A stretch of 64,000 bases of DNA, taken from Oscillospiraceae bacterium. GTDB lineage: Bacteria; Bacillota; Clostridia; Oscillospirales; Ruminococcaceae. Positions within the stretch are counted from its first letter, which is position 1, and each line of letters opens with the position of its first letter. Shown here piece after piece: positions 1 through 7,704 of the stretch. The position numbers and the translations under genes were made by a program. Location of the stretch: the NCBI GenBank assembly GCA_021203065.1, contig JAJQBX010000021.1, positions 130,514 to 194,513 of the forward strand, read 5' to 3'. Under the pieces are notes generated by a model. That model was given only the letters and a program-made list of their open reading frames with translations. It was not told the origin of the DNA and did no database searches.

Positions 1-281
1 TTTGTGGTGTCATCCTCGAGGTCGACAATCTGATCAGAGGTGAACGACACGCCGATATTGACAACACCCTCAAAGTACTTATAAAGTGCCGGCAAATCAT
101 AGTCCGCCGCATAATGCGTCTCGGTCTCAATATCATAAAGCTCATCAAGGGTATAGGTGAGCGATTGGTCGGTGAGCTCTGTAAGGTAATCAACCTCCGC
201 CTCCGACCCGCATGACACAAGACTCATCAGCATGCAAGCCGACAAGATAACCGCAAGAATTCTTTTTAATGAAGTTTTCAT
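1..281 (-). CDS. Putative lipoprotein, N-terminal part (CDS continues beyond the left window edge)
   Basis: ATG at 279-281 on the minus strand. Hand translation MKTSLKRILAVILSACMLMSLVSCGSEAEVDYLT... gives a signal peptide plus lipobox (LVS-C). Absent from the ORF track because the window edge truncates it. Confidence 0.5.
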   Translation of the reverse strand, partial: MKTSLKRILAVILSACMLMSLVSCGSEAEVDYLTELTDQSLTYTLDELYDIETETHYAADYDLPALYKYFEGVVNIGVSFTSDQIVDLEDDTT

Positions 282-413
282 AATATGTATTCCTTTCACA
301 GGTAAGTGATGAGTACATTATAGCACACTTCGCCGAAGAATGGAATACGGAAATCAAATTTTTTTGTGAGAAAGCCGAAATCGCAGGTTTTTAAAAAAAT
401 TTTAAAAAAGCCC

Positions 414-442
414 TTGACAACCTCCCCACGATGTTATATAAT
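414..442 (+). promoter_or_regulatory. Sigma-A type promoter, TTGACA-17 nt-TATAAT
   Basis: TTGACA at 414-419 and TATAAT at 437-442 with an exact 17-nt spacer. The -35 context cccTTGACAACC(t/a)CCCAC is shared with the promoter at 55962. Confidence 0.7.
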
Positions 443-448
443 TGGTAC

Positions 449-680
449 GTGGTTATGGAAGGGCTAAACAAGTCTTTACCACTTTTAACTATGCGGGGGG
501 GTACAACCTCTGGTGGATAAATTTTTCAGGGAATTTTTTCCTGAAAACTCAGTCCAGTCGGCACCATGTACCCATACCAAACCTCCGACACTATTTTAAC
601 AAAGTGCATCGGAGGCATTTTTATACCAAGTTGCCAAAGCAACCACTACCTCCTTTGCGAAATCTAAGGAGGAATTTTTT
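449..680 (+). promoter_or_regulatory. Long structured 5' leader with terminator-like hairpin and SD-sequestering hairpin (candidate cis-regulatory RNA)
   Basis: About 230 nt lie between the promoter and the ATG at 681. G-run stem GGGUAC (499-504) pairs with GUACCC (568-573). CCUCCGA (582-588) pairs with UCGGAGG (609-615) and is followed by CAUUUUUA. CCUCCUU (649-655) pairs with the SD AAGGAGG (666-672). A paralogous leader lies at 55998-56157. Confidence 0.5.
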
Positions 681-1853
681 ATGGCAAAAAGGCTTATGTG
701 CGTAATCCTCAGCATCATGCTGGTGGTAGCAATGATGCCGACGGGGGTTGTGGCGGATGAAGAGGTCACATATACTGACTGGACGAGTACCAGTAAATTA
801 CCTTCCAGTAGTGGAGCTTATAAGCTGACAAAAAATGTAACTGTAACATCTTATACTCAGCTAACTAGTGGTACAGATGTAACGCTCGATCTTAATGGAT
901 ATACAATAACAGTTAATATCAGCGGTGCTGCTGCGTATTTTGTCTATAGTGGAGCTATCTTAACGATTGAAGACAGTAGTGGTGGTGATGGAGTAATTGA
1001 TGTTGTTAGTGGTGGCGGAATTTACGTTATGGGTGGAACGCTCAATTTAACCGGCGGTACAATAACCATTAAGTCAACTGCTACTAATCCGCTGTATCTC
1101 ATATATATGTACCAAGATTCCTCTGTGGTTAATATTTCTGGTGGTAATCTGACAACCGAAAGAGCCGACGTTACATTTATTGGCACTTATGGTAACGGAA
1201 CGTATAACATTACTGGCGGCACATTCACCAATAACAGCGGTGACGACACTGCACAGTTCTTCTATAACGCTACTGAGAATGGCTATGCAGTTTCAATAAC
1301 TGGTGGCACTTTTGTTGGATTTGATTCAGAAAACACCAGTGGGAACTTTACGTACTACATAGAAGATGGATACGAGTATAATGAAACTACCGGTGCAGTG
1401 GCTGTTGCATCAACACTTGATGCTACTTGGGTCGAATATACCAACGTTCGTAATGGCTACGATCTGGCGGTGGGATTCTATATTCCTAAGTCGAAGCTTG
1501 ATAGTACTTATACTGTAAAGGTTACTTTCAATGTTGCAACTTACAGCAGTGGCTGGGTTAAGACTTCGACTACTGTGGAGATTGACTCATCAGAGTGGAC
1601 TGAAGATACAGTTGGTTCTACTGAGTACTGGGTAATCATTTATGATGGTATCTGGGCTATGCAGTATGCTGAGGACATAACCATTGATATTTATGATTCA
1701 AATGGGACAAAGGTCTGCGAAAGCTATACTGACTCCATAGCTGATTATGAAGCAAGATATGTTGAGAAGTACAGCTCCTACACAAGTGCTGTAAACTTGG
1801 CAAATGCTCTTCTGAGCTATTGCAGTGCTGCAAAGACTTACTATGGTTACTAA
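681..1853 (+). CDS. Secreted surface protein with beta-helix-like G-G-x-(I/L/F)-T repeats
   Basis: Signal peptide MAKRLMCVILSIMLVVAMMPTGVVA and strong SD. Repeats include SGGDGVIDVVSGGGIYVMGGTLNLTGGTITI, ISGGNLTT, ITGGTFTN and ITGGTFVGF. No catalytic motif recognised. Confidence 0.75.
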   Translation: MAKRLMCVILSIMLVVAMMPTGVVADEEVTYTDWTSTSKLPSSSGAYKLTKNVTVTSYTQLTSGTDVTLDLNGYTITVNISGAAAYFVYSGAILTIEDSSGGDGVIDVVSGGGIYVMGGTLNLTGGTITIKSTATNPLYLIYMYQDSSVVNISGGNLTTERADVTFIGTYGNGTYNITGGTFTNNSGDDTAQFFYNATENGYAVSITGGTFVGFDSENTSGNFTYYIEDGYEYNETTGAVAVASTLDATWVEYTNVRNGYDLAVGFYIPKSKLDSTYTVKVTFNVATYSSGWVKTSTTVEIDSSEWTEDTVGSTEYWVIIYDGIWAMQYAEDITIDIYDSNGTKVCESYTDSIADYEARYVEKYSSYTSAVNLANALLSYCSAAKTYYGY

Positions 1854-1868
1854 TTGGAGGCGTTGAAA

Positions 1869-2000
1869 ATGACTGATTATGAACCTCATGTAATGGAAAT
1901 TGTAGGCTTTGGTACGAACGACCAATGGAATGATGTAGTCTGCTCATTGCCGGGCTGGTCTGGACCTGCCGCCGACAAGGGCGAATACAGCGACATGTGA
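1869..2000 (+). CDS. Small ORF (43 aa), hypothetical, co-transcribed with 681..1853
   Basis: Below the ORF-track cutoff. GGAGG at 1856-1860 lies 8 nt before the ATG at 1869. Hand translation MTDYEPHVMEIVGFGTNDQWNDVVCSLPGWSGPAADKGEYSDM, stop at 1998-2000. It lies between the upstream stop (1851-1853) and the terminator at 2016-2046. Confidence 0.35.
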   Translation: MTDYEPHVMEIVGFGTNDQWNDVVCSLPGWSGPAADKGEYSDM

Positions 2001-2015
2001 TATTGATAACTCAAC

Positions 2016-2046
2016 AGCGGCGGCTTTTGCCGTCGCTTGAGTTTTT
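2016..2046 (+). terminator. Intrinsic terminator
   Basis: AGCGGCGGC-tttt-GCCGTCGCT stem (one G-U pair) followed by tgaGTTTTT. Confidence 0.6.
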
Positions 2047-2057
2047 GAGGAGGGCTT

Positions 2058-2588
2058 ATGAAGAGGGCATACTTGGGGCTGGCGGTGGCATGCTTGGTTC
2101 TCCTTTGCGCCTGCCAGAGCAGCAATGTCTCTGAGACAGGGACAAGCGATGTGACGGAAGAGTTGCCGGTTACTACTTCGGCTGAGGAGACGGAGGAGGT
2201 TACGGCTTCGGTTACTTCGGTGACTGAGGTGACCAGTGAAGTGACTACGACTACGGCTGAGGCTACGGCGGCTTCTACAACAACTGCTGCTACAACTGAA
2301 ACTACAACAACGACAACAACAGCTTCCACCTCTGCGGCTACGGCGTTGGTGACGACAACTACTGCGGAGGAGGATACAGTCATTCTCGATGAGGATGACG
2401 AGGTAATTATAGACGAATCGGACGGTGCGGTTGCGACCGGTGTACCTTCCACTGCAGCCGAGACGACTGCAACATCAGTCACAACTGCCGCCGTTCCTTC
2501 GTATACAACAAGCTCGACCTCTGCCTCTACTTCAGGCACTTCTTCAAGTGGACTTGATAACTGGCAGGGTCCAGTACCGATTGATTGA
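2058..2588 (+). CDS. Lipoprotein with Thr/Glu/Ala/Ser-rich low-complexity body
   Basis: SD GAGGAGGG precedes the ATG. Signal peptide plus lipobox MKRAYLGLAVACLVLLCAC-QSS. The larger antisense ORF 1886..2704 has Val/Ala-run composition typical of a shadow ORF. Confidence 0.7.
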   Translation: MKRAYLGLAVACLVLLCACQSSNVSETGTSDVTEELPVTTSAEETEEVTASVTSVTEVTSEVTTTTAEATAASTTTAATTETTTTTTTASTSAATALVTTTTAEEDTVILDEDDEVIIDESDGAVATGVPSTAAETTATSVTTAAVPSYTTSSTSASTSGTSSSGLDNWQGPVPID

Positions 2589-2589
2589 T

Positions 2590-2838
2590 ATGGGACGTAA
2601 AAAACTACCACCAGAAGTAAAAGCCGAGCGTTACCGCCGTCAGAAGCGCATGTCGCATAAGCGGTACTACGGCAAAACAGCAAACCTCTATCCAAGACAT
2701 GCATGGACAGAGGAGGAAGAACGCCTTGTCATGGAGCATTCCATCCCCGACAGTGAGCTGTCGGAGAAGATAGGCAGATCGCTGAAAGGCATCCAAGAAA
2801 AACGCCGACGGCTGAAAAATGCGGAGGCTAAAGACTGA
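2590..2838 (+). CDS. Small basic SANT/Myb-like (RsfA-like) DNA-binding protein, 82 aa
   Basis: In-frame ATG at 2590 of track ORF 2425..2838. MGRKKLPPEVKAERYRRQKRMSHKRYYGKTANLYPRHAWTEEEERLVMEHSIPDSELSEKIGRSLKGIQEKRRRL carries a W-T-x-E-E-x-x-L Myb-type helix pattern. No clear SD; the ATG sits 1 nt after the upstream stop. Confidence 0.5.
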   Translation: MGRKKLPPEVKAERYRRQKRMSHKRYYGKTANLYPRHAWTEEEERLVMEHSIPDSELSEKIGRSLKGIQEKRRRLKNAEAKD

Positions 2839-2844
2839 TATAAC

Positions 2845-2887
2845 AAGCCCCGCCGGTATCCTGTAAACAGGACGCCGGCGGGCTTTT
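2845..2887. terminator. Bidirectional terminator hairpin between convergent genes
   Basis: AAGCCCCGCCGG ... CCGGCGGGCTT long stem with inner TCCTG-taaa-CAGGA. T-run on the plus side. Confidence 0.65.
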
Positions 2888-2924
2888 ATGTGGAAGGAAG
2901 AAGATGTCAATTAGAAAACCTGAG

Positions 2925-5255
2925 TCAGCTGCCACTGTTGAACAGCGGTTCGAGTACTTCTCTGTACTCTTCAAGAATCTCAAGCAAGTAGGTGTCCCAG
3001 TGGCGGGCGTCCTGACTCTCGTTGCCGAAGACGTAGTCCTCCTGACCGTAGTCGATGACGTCGAAGCCGGGCATAGCCTTGCTTGCGCCGTTGGTACGAT
3101 AGGAAACCGCATCCGCAAGACTGAACGTTACTGTTCCGTCGTCGTTAAGAGTTACCCAAGAACTGAGGTCAGTTCCGGTTGCGGACTCCGCAGTGCCGTT
3201 AGTGGTCTGGGTCTCTGCCTCCGCCTTTTCGGTGGTGACGCCGCTGACGTATTCGCCATACATCTCATCGACGTAGAGGGCGAACGAATCGCCAAGGATT
3301 TCCGACGGAACGTGTCCGCCGTCCCACTGCCATTCAATGTTGCAGTCGATGCCGGCATTCAGCATCGCAATCTGGAGGTTGAGGGAGTTGAACATCGAAA
3401 TGTCGCCCTCAGAAGCACCGCAGAGGATTCTGACCCATGTCGGGTTCTCGGTGTCCTCGTCGCCTATATAGTTGAGAGGATTGTAGAGGGAAACTATGTT
3501 GTTCCCATACTCGTCGCCCTCAAGGATCGATGCTATGTCAGTCTCGTAAGCTTCAAGCATCTCGTCGTATGTCGAGTAGTTTGCGGAGTCTTGGCTTCCG
3601 GTTGCCGACTGAGTAGTTCCTGCGTCGGGAGTTCCGACGACCATAGAGTCGCCTGAGCCCTCAGTGCCTACGCCGGAGGCGTCGATGTCAATATCTCCGT
3701 CCGGGAGATTTCCACCGGCAATATCGCCGATTTCTCCATCCGGGAGGCTACTGTCTGAGAGGTCGCCTCTGCCTCCCATTTCGCCTCTTAAGCCTGTTTC
3801 GCTATCGTCATCCACAAAATCCAGTGCGCCGTTCATTCCGCTTGGCAAATCTCCGCTCATCGAGCCGGTCGAGCTCGATTTTGCATATCTGCCCTCAATA
3901 AATGCCTGTGCTTTGTCTTGGGTCGTCATAGCCGCAACCTCTTCGTCAGAAAGGGCGTTTCCGTCCTCATCAAACCATGTCCAGCCGTCGGCATAATCCA
4001 AATTCGCAAGATACCATTCAAGATTCTCGGTAAATTCCGCAAGATAGAGATCCAAGTATGTCCCGTGATAGCCGTTCGTCTCCGGATATTCGTCCGGGTC
4101 ACACTCTATCGTAAGGGCGATGGTAGAATTAAGTTCTCCGTCGCCGTCAAGGTCAAAGCCAACTGCGCTTTCCTCCACGGTCAGGTTCTGAGCGTTAATA
4201 TATTCCATATATGCTTCCGAGAGATAAGCCGCCAGCTGCTTCTGGAACGAGCTTCCGAAGTCGTAAGTGGTGTCCATATAGTACTCAAAAGCAAGAGTCA
4301 TGTCCGCTTCATAAAGGGAAGTGATTGCGCTGTAGGCGATGCATCCCCAAGCACCGTCGGAAAGGGAAACCTCTTCGCCGTCGATGGTGACGGTTGTCGT
4401 GTAGGTCCCGTCGTCACAGAGGTAGCACCCGACTGCTCCTACCTCCTCCTGATAGGGATAGAAGTCAGAGTTGTTGGAGGTAGCCGCAAACATTGTGGCA
4501 TGTGCTCCGCCTCCCGAACCTCCGGTTGAAACGAAGTAGTCAACGCTTCCGGGAAGATTTCCGAGGAGAATATTGTATTTTACGAACCTCGCCGCCGCTT
4601 TCTGGTCAGCAAGGCAGGAAGGAGCGTCGCCGGTGTAGTAGGTGTTGCCGTCCTCATCCACGGCCGTATCCTGCTTTCCTCTGTTTCCGCAGGCTACATT
4701 GATGTAGCCCTCCTCGGCGTATGTCGAAGAAGCAAGAGTATTTGTGGAATTGCCATATCCAGCCGCACCGGTGTTGAGTATAACGGGAGCGGTAGCCGCA
4801 GTGTAGACCTGTCCATTGGTGCTGGTAATCTCGGCGTCATAATCTATAACAAGAGTGCCGTTTACCGGCTCGGAGTAGTTCTCAGCCGTAATATCCGCTG
4901 TTCCGTCGCCGTCGGTGTCGATTCCGGTGACATAAGCCGCCGGCACGCAGACAGAAACGCCCTCCTCATCCTCAATCTCAGGATAAGCGACCGCCGAAAC
5001 GATGGACATAACCCACGAGTTGGTCTGATAGGTCCATGTGTATTCCGTATTATTCGCCAGATTCAGAGTGTATTCGATATATTCCTTGTCCGACACGATA
5101 GTTGCCTCCGAAGAAGTCTCGTCAGCCTCTGTTTCTGCAGTGTTATCGGTTGCTTCGGCTTCGGTGGCAGATTCAGTCGAACTGCTGCCGCATCCGGCGA
5201 GCGTCAGTATCATGCAAAGACAGGTGACCATGGAGATTATTTTTTTAAACCTCAT
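2925..5255 (-). CDS. Secreted lipoprotein, alpha/beta-hydrolase of the subtype-B tannase-like esterase type
   Basis: Lipobox LTLAGC-GSSS followed by an acidic T/E/A linker. G-x-S-x-G nucleophile context STGGSGGGAHATMFAATSNNSDFYPYQEEVGAVG resembles bacterial tannase (GTSAGG...GASGNS...). 776 aa. Confidence 0.6.
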   Translation of the reverse strand: MRFKKIISMVTCLCMILTLAGCGSSSTESATEAEATDNTAETEADETSSEATIVSDKEYIEYTLNLANNTEYTWTYQTNSWVMSIVSAVAYPEIEDEEGVSVCVPAAYVTGIDTDGDGTADITAENYSEPVNGTLVIDYDAEITSTNGQVYTAATAPVILNTGAAGYGNSTNTLASSTYAEEGYINVACGNRGKQDTAVDEDGNTYYTGDAPSCLADQKAAARFVKYNILLGNLPGSVDYFVSTGGSGGGAHATMFAATSNNSDFYPYQEEVGAVGCYLCDDGTYTTTVTIDGEEVSLSDGAWGCIAYSAITSLYEADMTLAFEYYMDTTYDFGSSFQKQLAAYLSEAYMEYINAQNLTVEESAVGFDLDGDGELNSTIALTIECDPDEYPETNGYHGTYLDLYLAEFTENLEWYLANLDYADGWTWFDEDGNALSDEEVAAMTTQDKAQAFIEGRYAKSSSTGSMSGDLPSGMNGALDFVDDDSETGLRGEMGGRGDLSDSSLPDGEIGDIAGGNLPDGDIDIDASGVGTEGSGDSMVVGTPDAGTTQSATGSQDSANYSTYDEMLEAYETDIASILEGDEYGNNIVSLYNPLNYIGDEDTENPTWVRILCGASEGDISMFNSLNLQIAMLNAGIDCNIEWQWDGGHVPSEILGDSFALYVDEMYGEYVSGVTTEKAEAETQTTNGTAESATGTDLSSWVTLNDDGTVTFSLADAVSYRTNGASKAMPGFDVIDYGQEDYVFGNESQDARHWDTYLLEILEEYREVLEPLFNSGS

Positions 5256-5344
5256 TATATCACCTTTTCTCTAAAAAGTAAACTCTATTTTGATATTTTG
5301 CGCTCTAAAGCTTAAACCAGCCTTAAGGATTTTGTGAAAATTAC

Positions 5345-5383
5345 GTGAAAATTAAACCGCCCACTCCGGAGAGCAGGCGGTTT
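5345..5383 (-). terminator. Intrinsic terminator of 5412..5819
   Basis: On the minus strand, AAACCGCC-loop-GGCGGTTT is followed by AATTTTC. Confidence 0.6.
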
Positions 5384-5411
5384 AGGGTAAGTATAGGAGA
5401 ATTTTAAGGTT

Positions 5412-5819
5412 TTACTCTTCTGTGTCTTCGGCGACTTCGTCTTCTGTTGACTCGCCGTCAGTGGCTTCTTCGTCTTCTGCCTCCTCAGACTCAGTATCAT
5501 CTGCAGATTCTTCATCCTCAGTAGCCTCTGTGTCGTCAGTGGCTTCTTCGTCCTCAGAAGCGTCTGTGTCCTCAGCAGTGCCGTCATCTTCAGCCGCTTC
5601 GTCCTCGGCTGATGTCTCATCCTCGGTGGATTCCTCATCTTCCGTGGTTTCTTCATCGTCGACTGTAATTTCGTCTTCGGTTTCGTCTTCCGCTTCCGTT
5701 GCAGCCGTGGTGGTTTCTGCGGTGTCATCTGTATCGTCATCATCACTCGAAGTACATCCGACGAGCATAACGATCAGCGACAGGCTGAGTAGTATTGCTA
5801 AAAATCTTTTGAGTTTCAT
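5412..5819 (-). CDS. Highly acidic Asp/Glu/Thr-rich lipoprotein (135 aa)
   Basis: Internal ATG at 5819 is preceded by AGGAGG. MKLKRFLAILLSLSLIVMLVGC-TSSDDDD lipobox. The remainder is D/E/T/A low complexity. Confidence 0.65.
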   Translation of the reverse strand: MKLKRFLAILLSLSLIVMLVGCTSSDDDDTDDTAETTTAATEAEDETEDEITVDDEETTEDEESTEDETSAEDEAAEDDGTAEDTDASEDEEATDDTEATEDEESADDTESEEAEDEEATDGESTEDEVAEDTEE

Positions 5820-5929
5820 ATTAGCGTTCCTCCTTAGGAAGTTTATGCGCATATTATAGCCGGCAAATTTAAAAACCGTATAACGTAAATCCGAAAGGAG
5901 GGTGAAACGTTCGGGTAAAGATTTGTTGG

Positions 5930-7519
5930 TTATCTGATAACGAGCTTCGTTTTTACACACATTAAGTCAGGTTTCACATCGAGCTCTTCGGTCATATCGA
6001 GCACCGGTTCGCCGTAGATGTTGAAGTGCACCCGTCTTATCCCGGATGAGCGTGGCGCATCTATGCCCGGTCTTGCGTGATAGGTGTTGAAGACTTTTCC
6101 ATCTTTATCCCTGACATAGGCGTTGTGCCCCGTGCCGAATTCTCCGGGGACACTTCTTGAAGTGAGCAGGGGATAGTTCATCTTTTTCCAGCTGCCCGGC
6201 TCGAGAGGATTCTTCCCCTTATCCAGCACCAGTGCCGAAACGACATATGTTGAGTCGACAGCCGCACTCGAGAATGTCAGCCAGAGCTTATCCCCTGAGT
6301 TGAGTGCAAAAGGTCCCTCGTCGACAAACGTGTGATTGTTTGCCCAGCCGTAGTCCGGCTTCGAGATGATGACAGGCTCAGAAAGAAGCCTTGTCGGCTC
6401 ATCGGGGTCGAGCTCCGCAAAATAGAGCCATGCGCCAAGGTCCTTCGGCAGAAACTGCCTCTGCGACCATGCGACGTAGTATTTTCCCTCCCATTCGAAT
6501 TCGGTCATATCGAGGGTGATTTCCTTTCCGGCTTCGGCAAGGTCGCTGCCGTCCGCTTTCGTGACCCTCTTGGGTCTTGACCAGTCGTTCCGGTTCATCG
6601 GGTCGCCGCCAGCCCTGAGCTCCATAACATGGCTCTCCTCCCGGAAGAATTCCCCCGGAGTGCAGGCATGAAAGATGTAGAGCCTGCCCTTTATCTCATG
6701 GAACTCAGGAGCCCACAGAAGCCCACCTATGCCCTCATAGGTCTCTGAATCGAGGAGCAAAACCTCCTCCGCCGTCACCAGCCCGGGGATGCTTTCCGCT
6801 TTCCTTATATAAAGGGTGTGGTTTCCGTCGGCGTCGTTCGTCGCTATGAAGTAATAGTGCCCGTCCCAGTATGTCACGCAGGGGTCAGCTCTGTTGACCG
6901 CTATCGGAAACTCAAAGTGATCCTGATGAACCTTTCCCGAAATCTCATATTCGCCTTTTCGAGAGAAGTCGACGCCATCAAGATCCCAGTCAACCCTCTT
7001 CATATCGGTTGAACCGTCGCTATAGACAGCCTTAGCCCTGATTTCCCTGAGCTCTTCTTTGGAAGAAGCTGTAACCTCCTCAGGAAGCTCCATCGCCACA
7101 TTATGCGGCGTAGTGAGCGTATTGACGAGCCGCTCATAAACCTCATCCGGAATCTCGACGACATCACTGAGCGCATCTTCATCAGCTCCGTCGCAGTTGC
7201 CAATTTCCTCATACCAAAGAAAATCGTCCGTTCTCGCCCAGAGCGTCCCGCAGTTGCCACTTCCGTCCGCCTCAGTCCTGTCAGCCCTGATAAGATAGCT
7301 TCCGTCGCTCATCCTCCCCGCCCGGGGATTTTTAAGAGATTTCGCCGTCAGCGACCCATCAGGATTTTCAAAGGCTTTTGCAAAGAACACCCCGCTATTA
7401 TGGTTCAGAGGCGTTGCCTCATCCCCGTCTTTCACCGCAATATGCATGCTGTAAGCAAGCTTAGCGTCATAAACCGCCGAATCCATCGGCTCACGGGTAT
7501 ATAAAAGTATCTGTTTCAT
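5930..7519 (-). CDS. Glycoside hydrolase family 43 protein (arabinanase/xylosidase-like), cytoplasmic
   Basis: GH43-type blades: ADPCVTYWDGHYYFIATND, LWAPEFHEIKGRLYIFHA, VDEGPFAL. No signal peptide. Confidence 0.8.
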   Translation of the reverse strand: MKQILLYTREPMDSAVYDAKLAYSMHIAVKDGDEATPLNHNSGVFFAKAFENPDGSLTAKSLKNPRAGRMSDGSYLIRADRTEADGSGNCGTLWARTDDFLWYEEIGNCDGADEDALSDVVEIPDEVYERLVNTLTTPHNVAMELPEEVTASSKEELREIRAKAVYSDGSTDMKRVDWDLDGVDFSRKGEYEISGKVHQDHFEFPIAVNRADPCVTYWDGHYYFIATNDADGNHTLYIRKAESIPGLVTAEEVLLLDSETYEGIGGLLWAPEFHEIKGRLYIFHACTPGEFFREESHVMELRAGGDPMNRNDWSRPKRVTKADGSDLAEAGKEITLDMTEFEWEGKYYVAWSQRQFLPKDLGAWLYFAELDPDEPTRLLSEPVIISKPDYGWANNHTFVDEGPFALNSGDKLWLTFSSAAVDSTYVVSALVLDKGKNPLEPGSWKKMNYPLLTSRSVPGEFGTGHNAYVRDKDGKVFNTYHARPGIDAPRSSGIRRVHFNIYGEPVLDMTEELDVKPDLMCVKTKLVIR

Positions 7520-7619
7520 CCCACACCTCCAAGCGTAGTACTATCTTAAGAATACACTATTTTCAGGCATTTTGCAATGACTTAAAGTAATAGGAGGATT
7601 GATATATTGTGAGAAACTA

Positions 7620-7648
7620 TTGACACCTACCTGAAAATATGGTATAAT
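7620..7648 (+). promoter_or_regulatory. Sigma-A promoter TTGACA-17-TATAAT
   Basis: TTGACA at 7620-7625 and TATAAT at 7643-7648. Confidence 0.65.
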
Positions 7649-7704
7649 TAAATAAAAAGACTAATGTAAGTGACTACTTATTATTTCAGAACGGAGGCAA
7701 CCTC

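Noticed and set aside
449-680. A c-di-GMP-I/II riboswitch in front of the surface-protein genes.
   Set aside because: It is attractive biologically, and GCGGGG..UAC..ACC faintly resembles the 3' part of GEMM-I. However, the hallmark GGCAAACC / GACGCAAAGC segments are absent in both copies. A covariance-model search is needed, so the leader is left as unknown class.
442-705. An 87-aa ORF (TTG start) covering the leader of 681..1853.
   Set aside because: It starts inside the -10 box and has no SD. It overlaps the real start codon out of frame, and the region has conserved RNA-type helices shared with 55998-56157. I interpret it as non-coding leader.
1886-2704. A 272-aa minus-strand ORF, longer than the plus-strand ORF it overlaps.
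   Set aside because: Its composition (runs of V/A/S such as VVVVVVSVVAAVVVEAAV) is the mirror image of the Thr/Glu/Ala-rich lipoprotein gene 2058..2588. That gene has a strong SD and a canonical lipobox. This is a shadow ORF.
2904-4529. Plus-strand ORFs 2904..3656, 3664..3996 and 3918..4529 inside the tannase-like gene.
   Set aside because: They lie entirely antisense to a 776-aa ORF with a lipoprotein signal and a hydrolase motif. They have no SD and no recognisable domains.
5422-5859. A 145-aa Ser-rich plus-strand ORF.
   Set aside because: It is the antisense shadow of the acidic lipoprotein 5412..5819 (GAx/GAA codons read as Ser/Val on the other strand).
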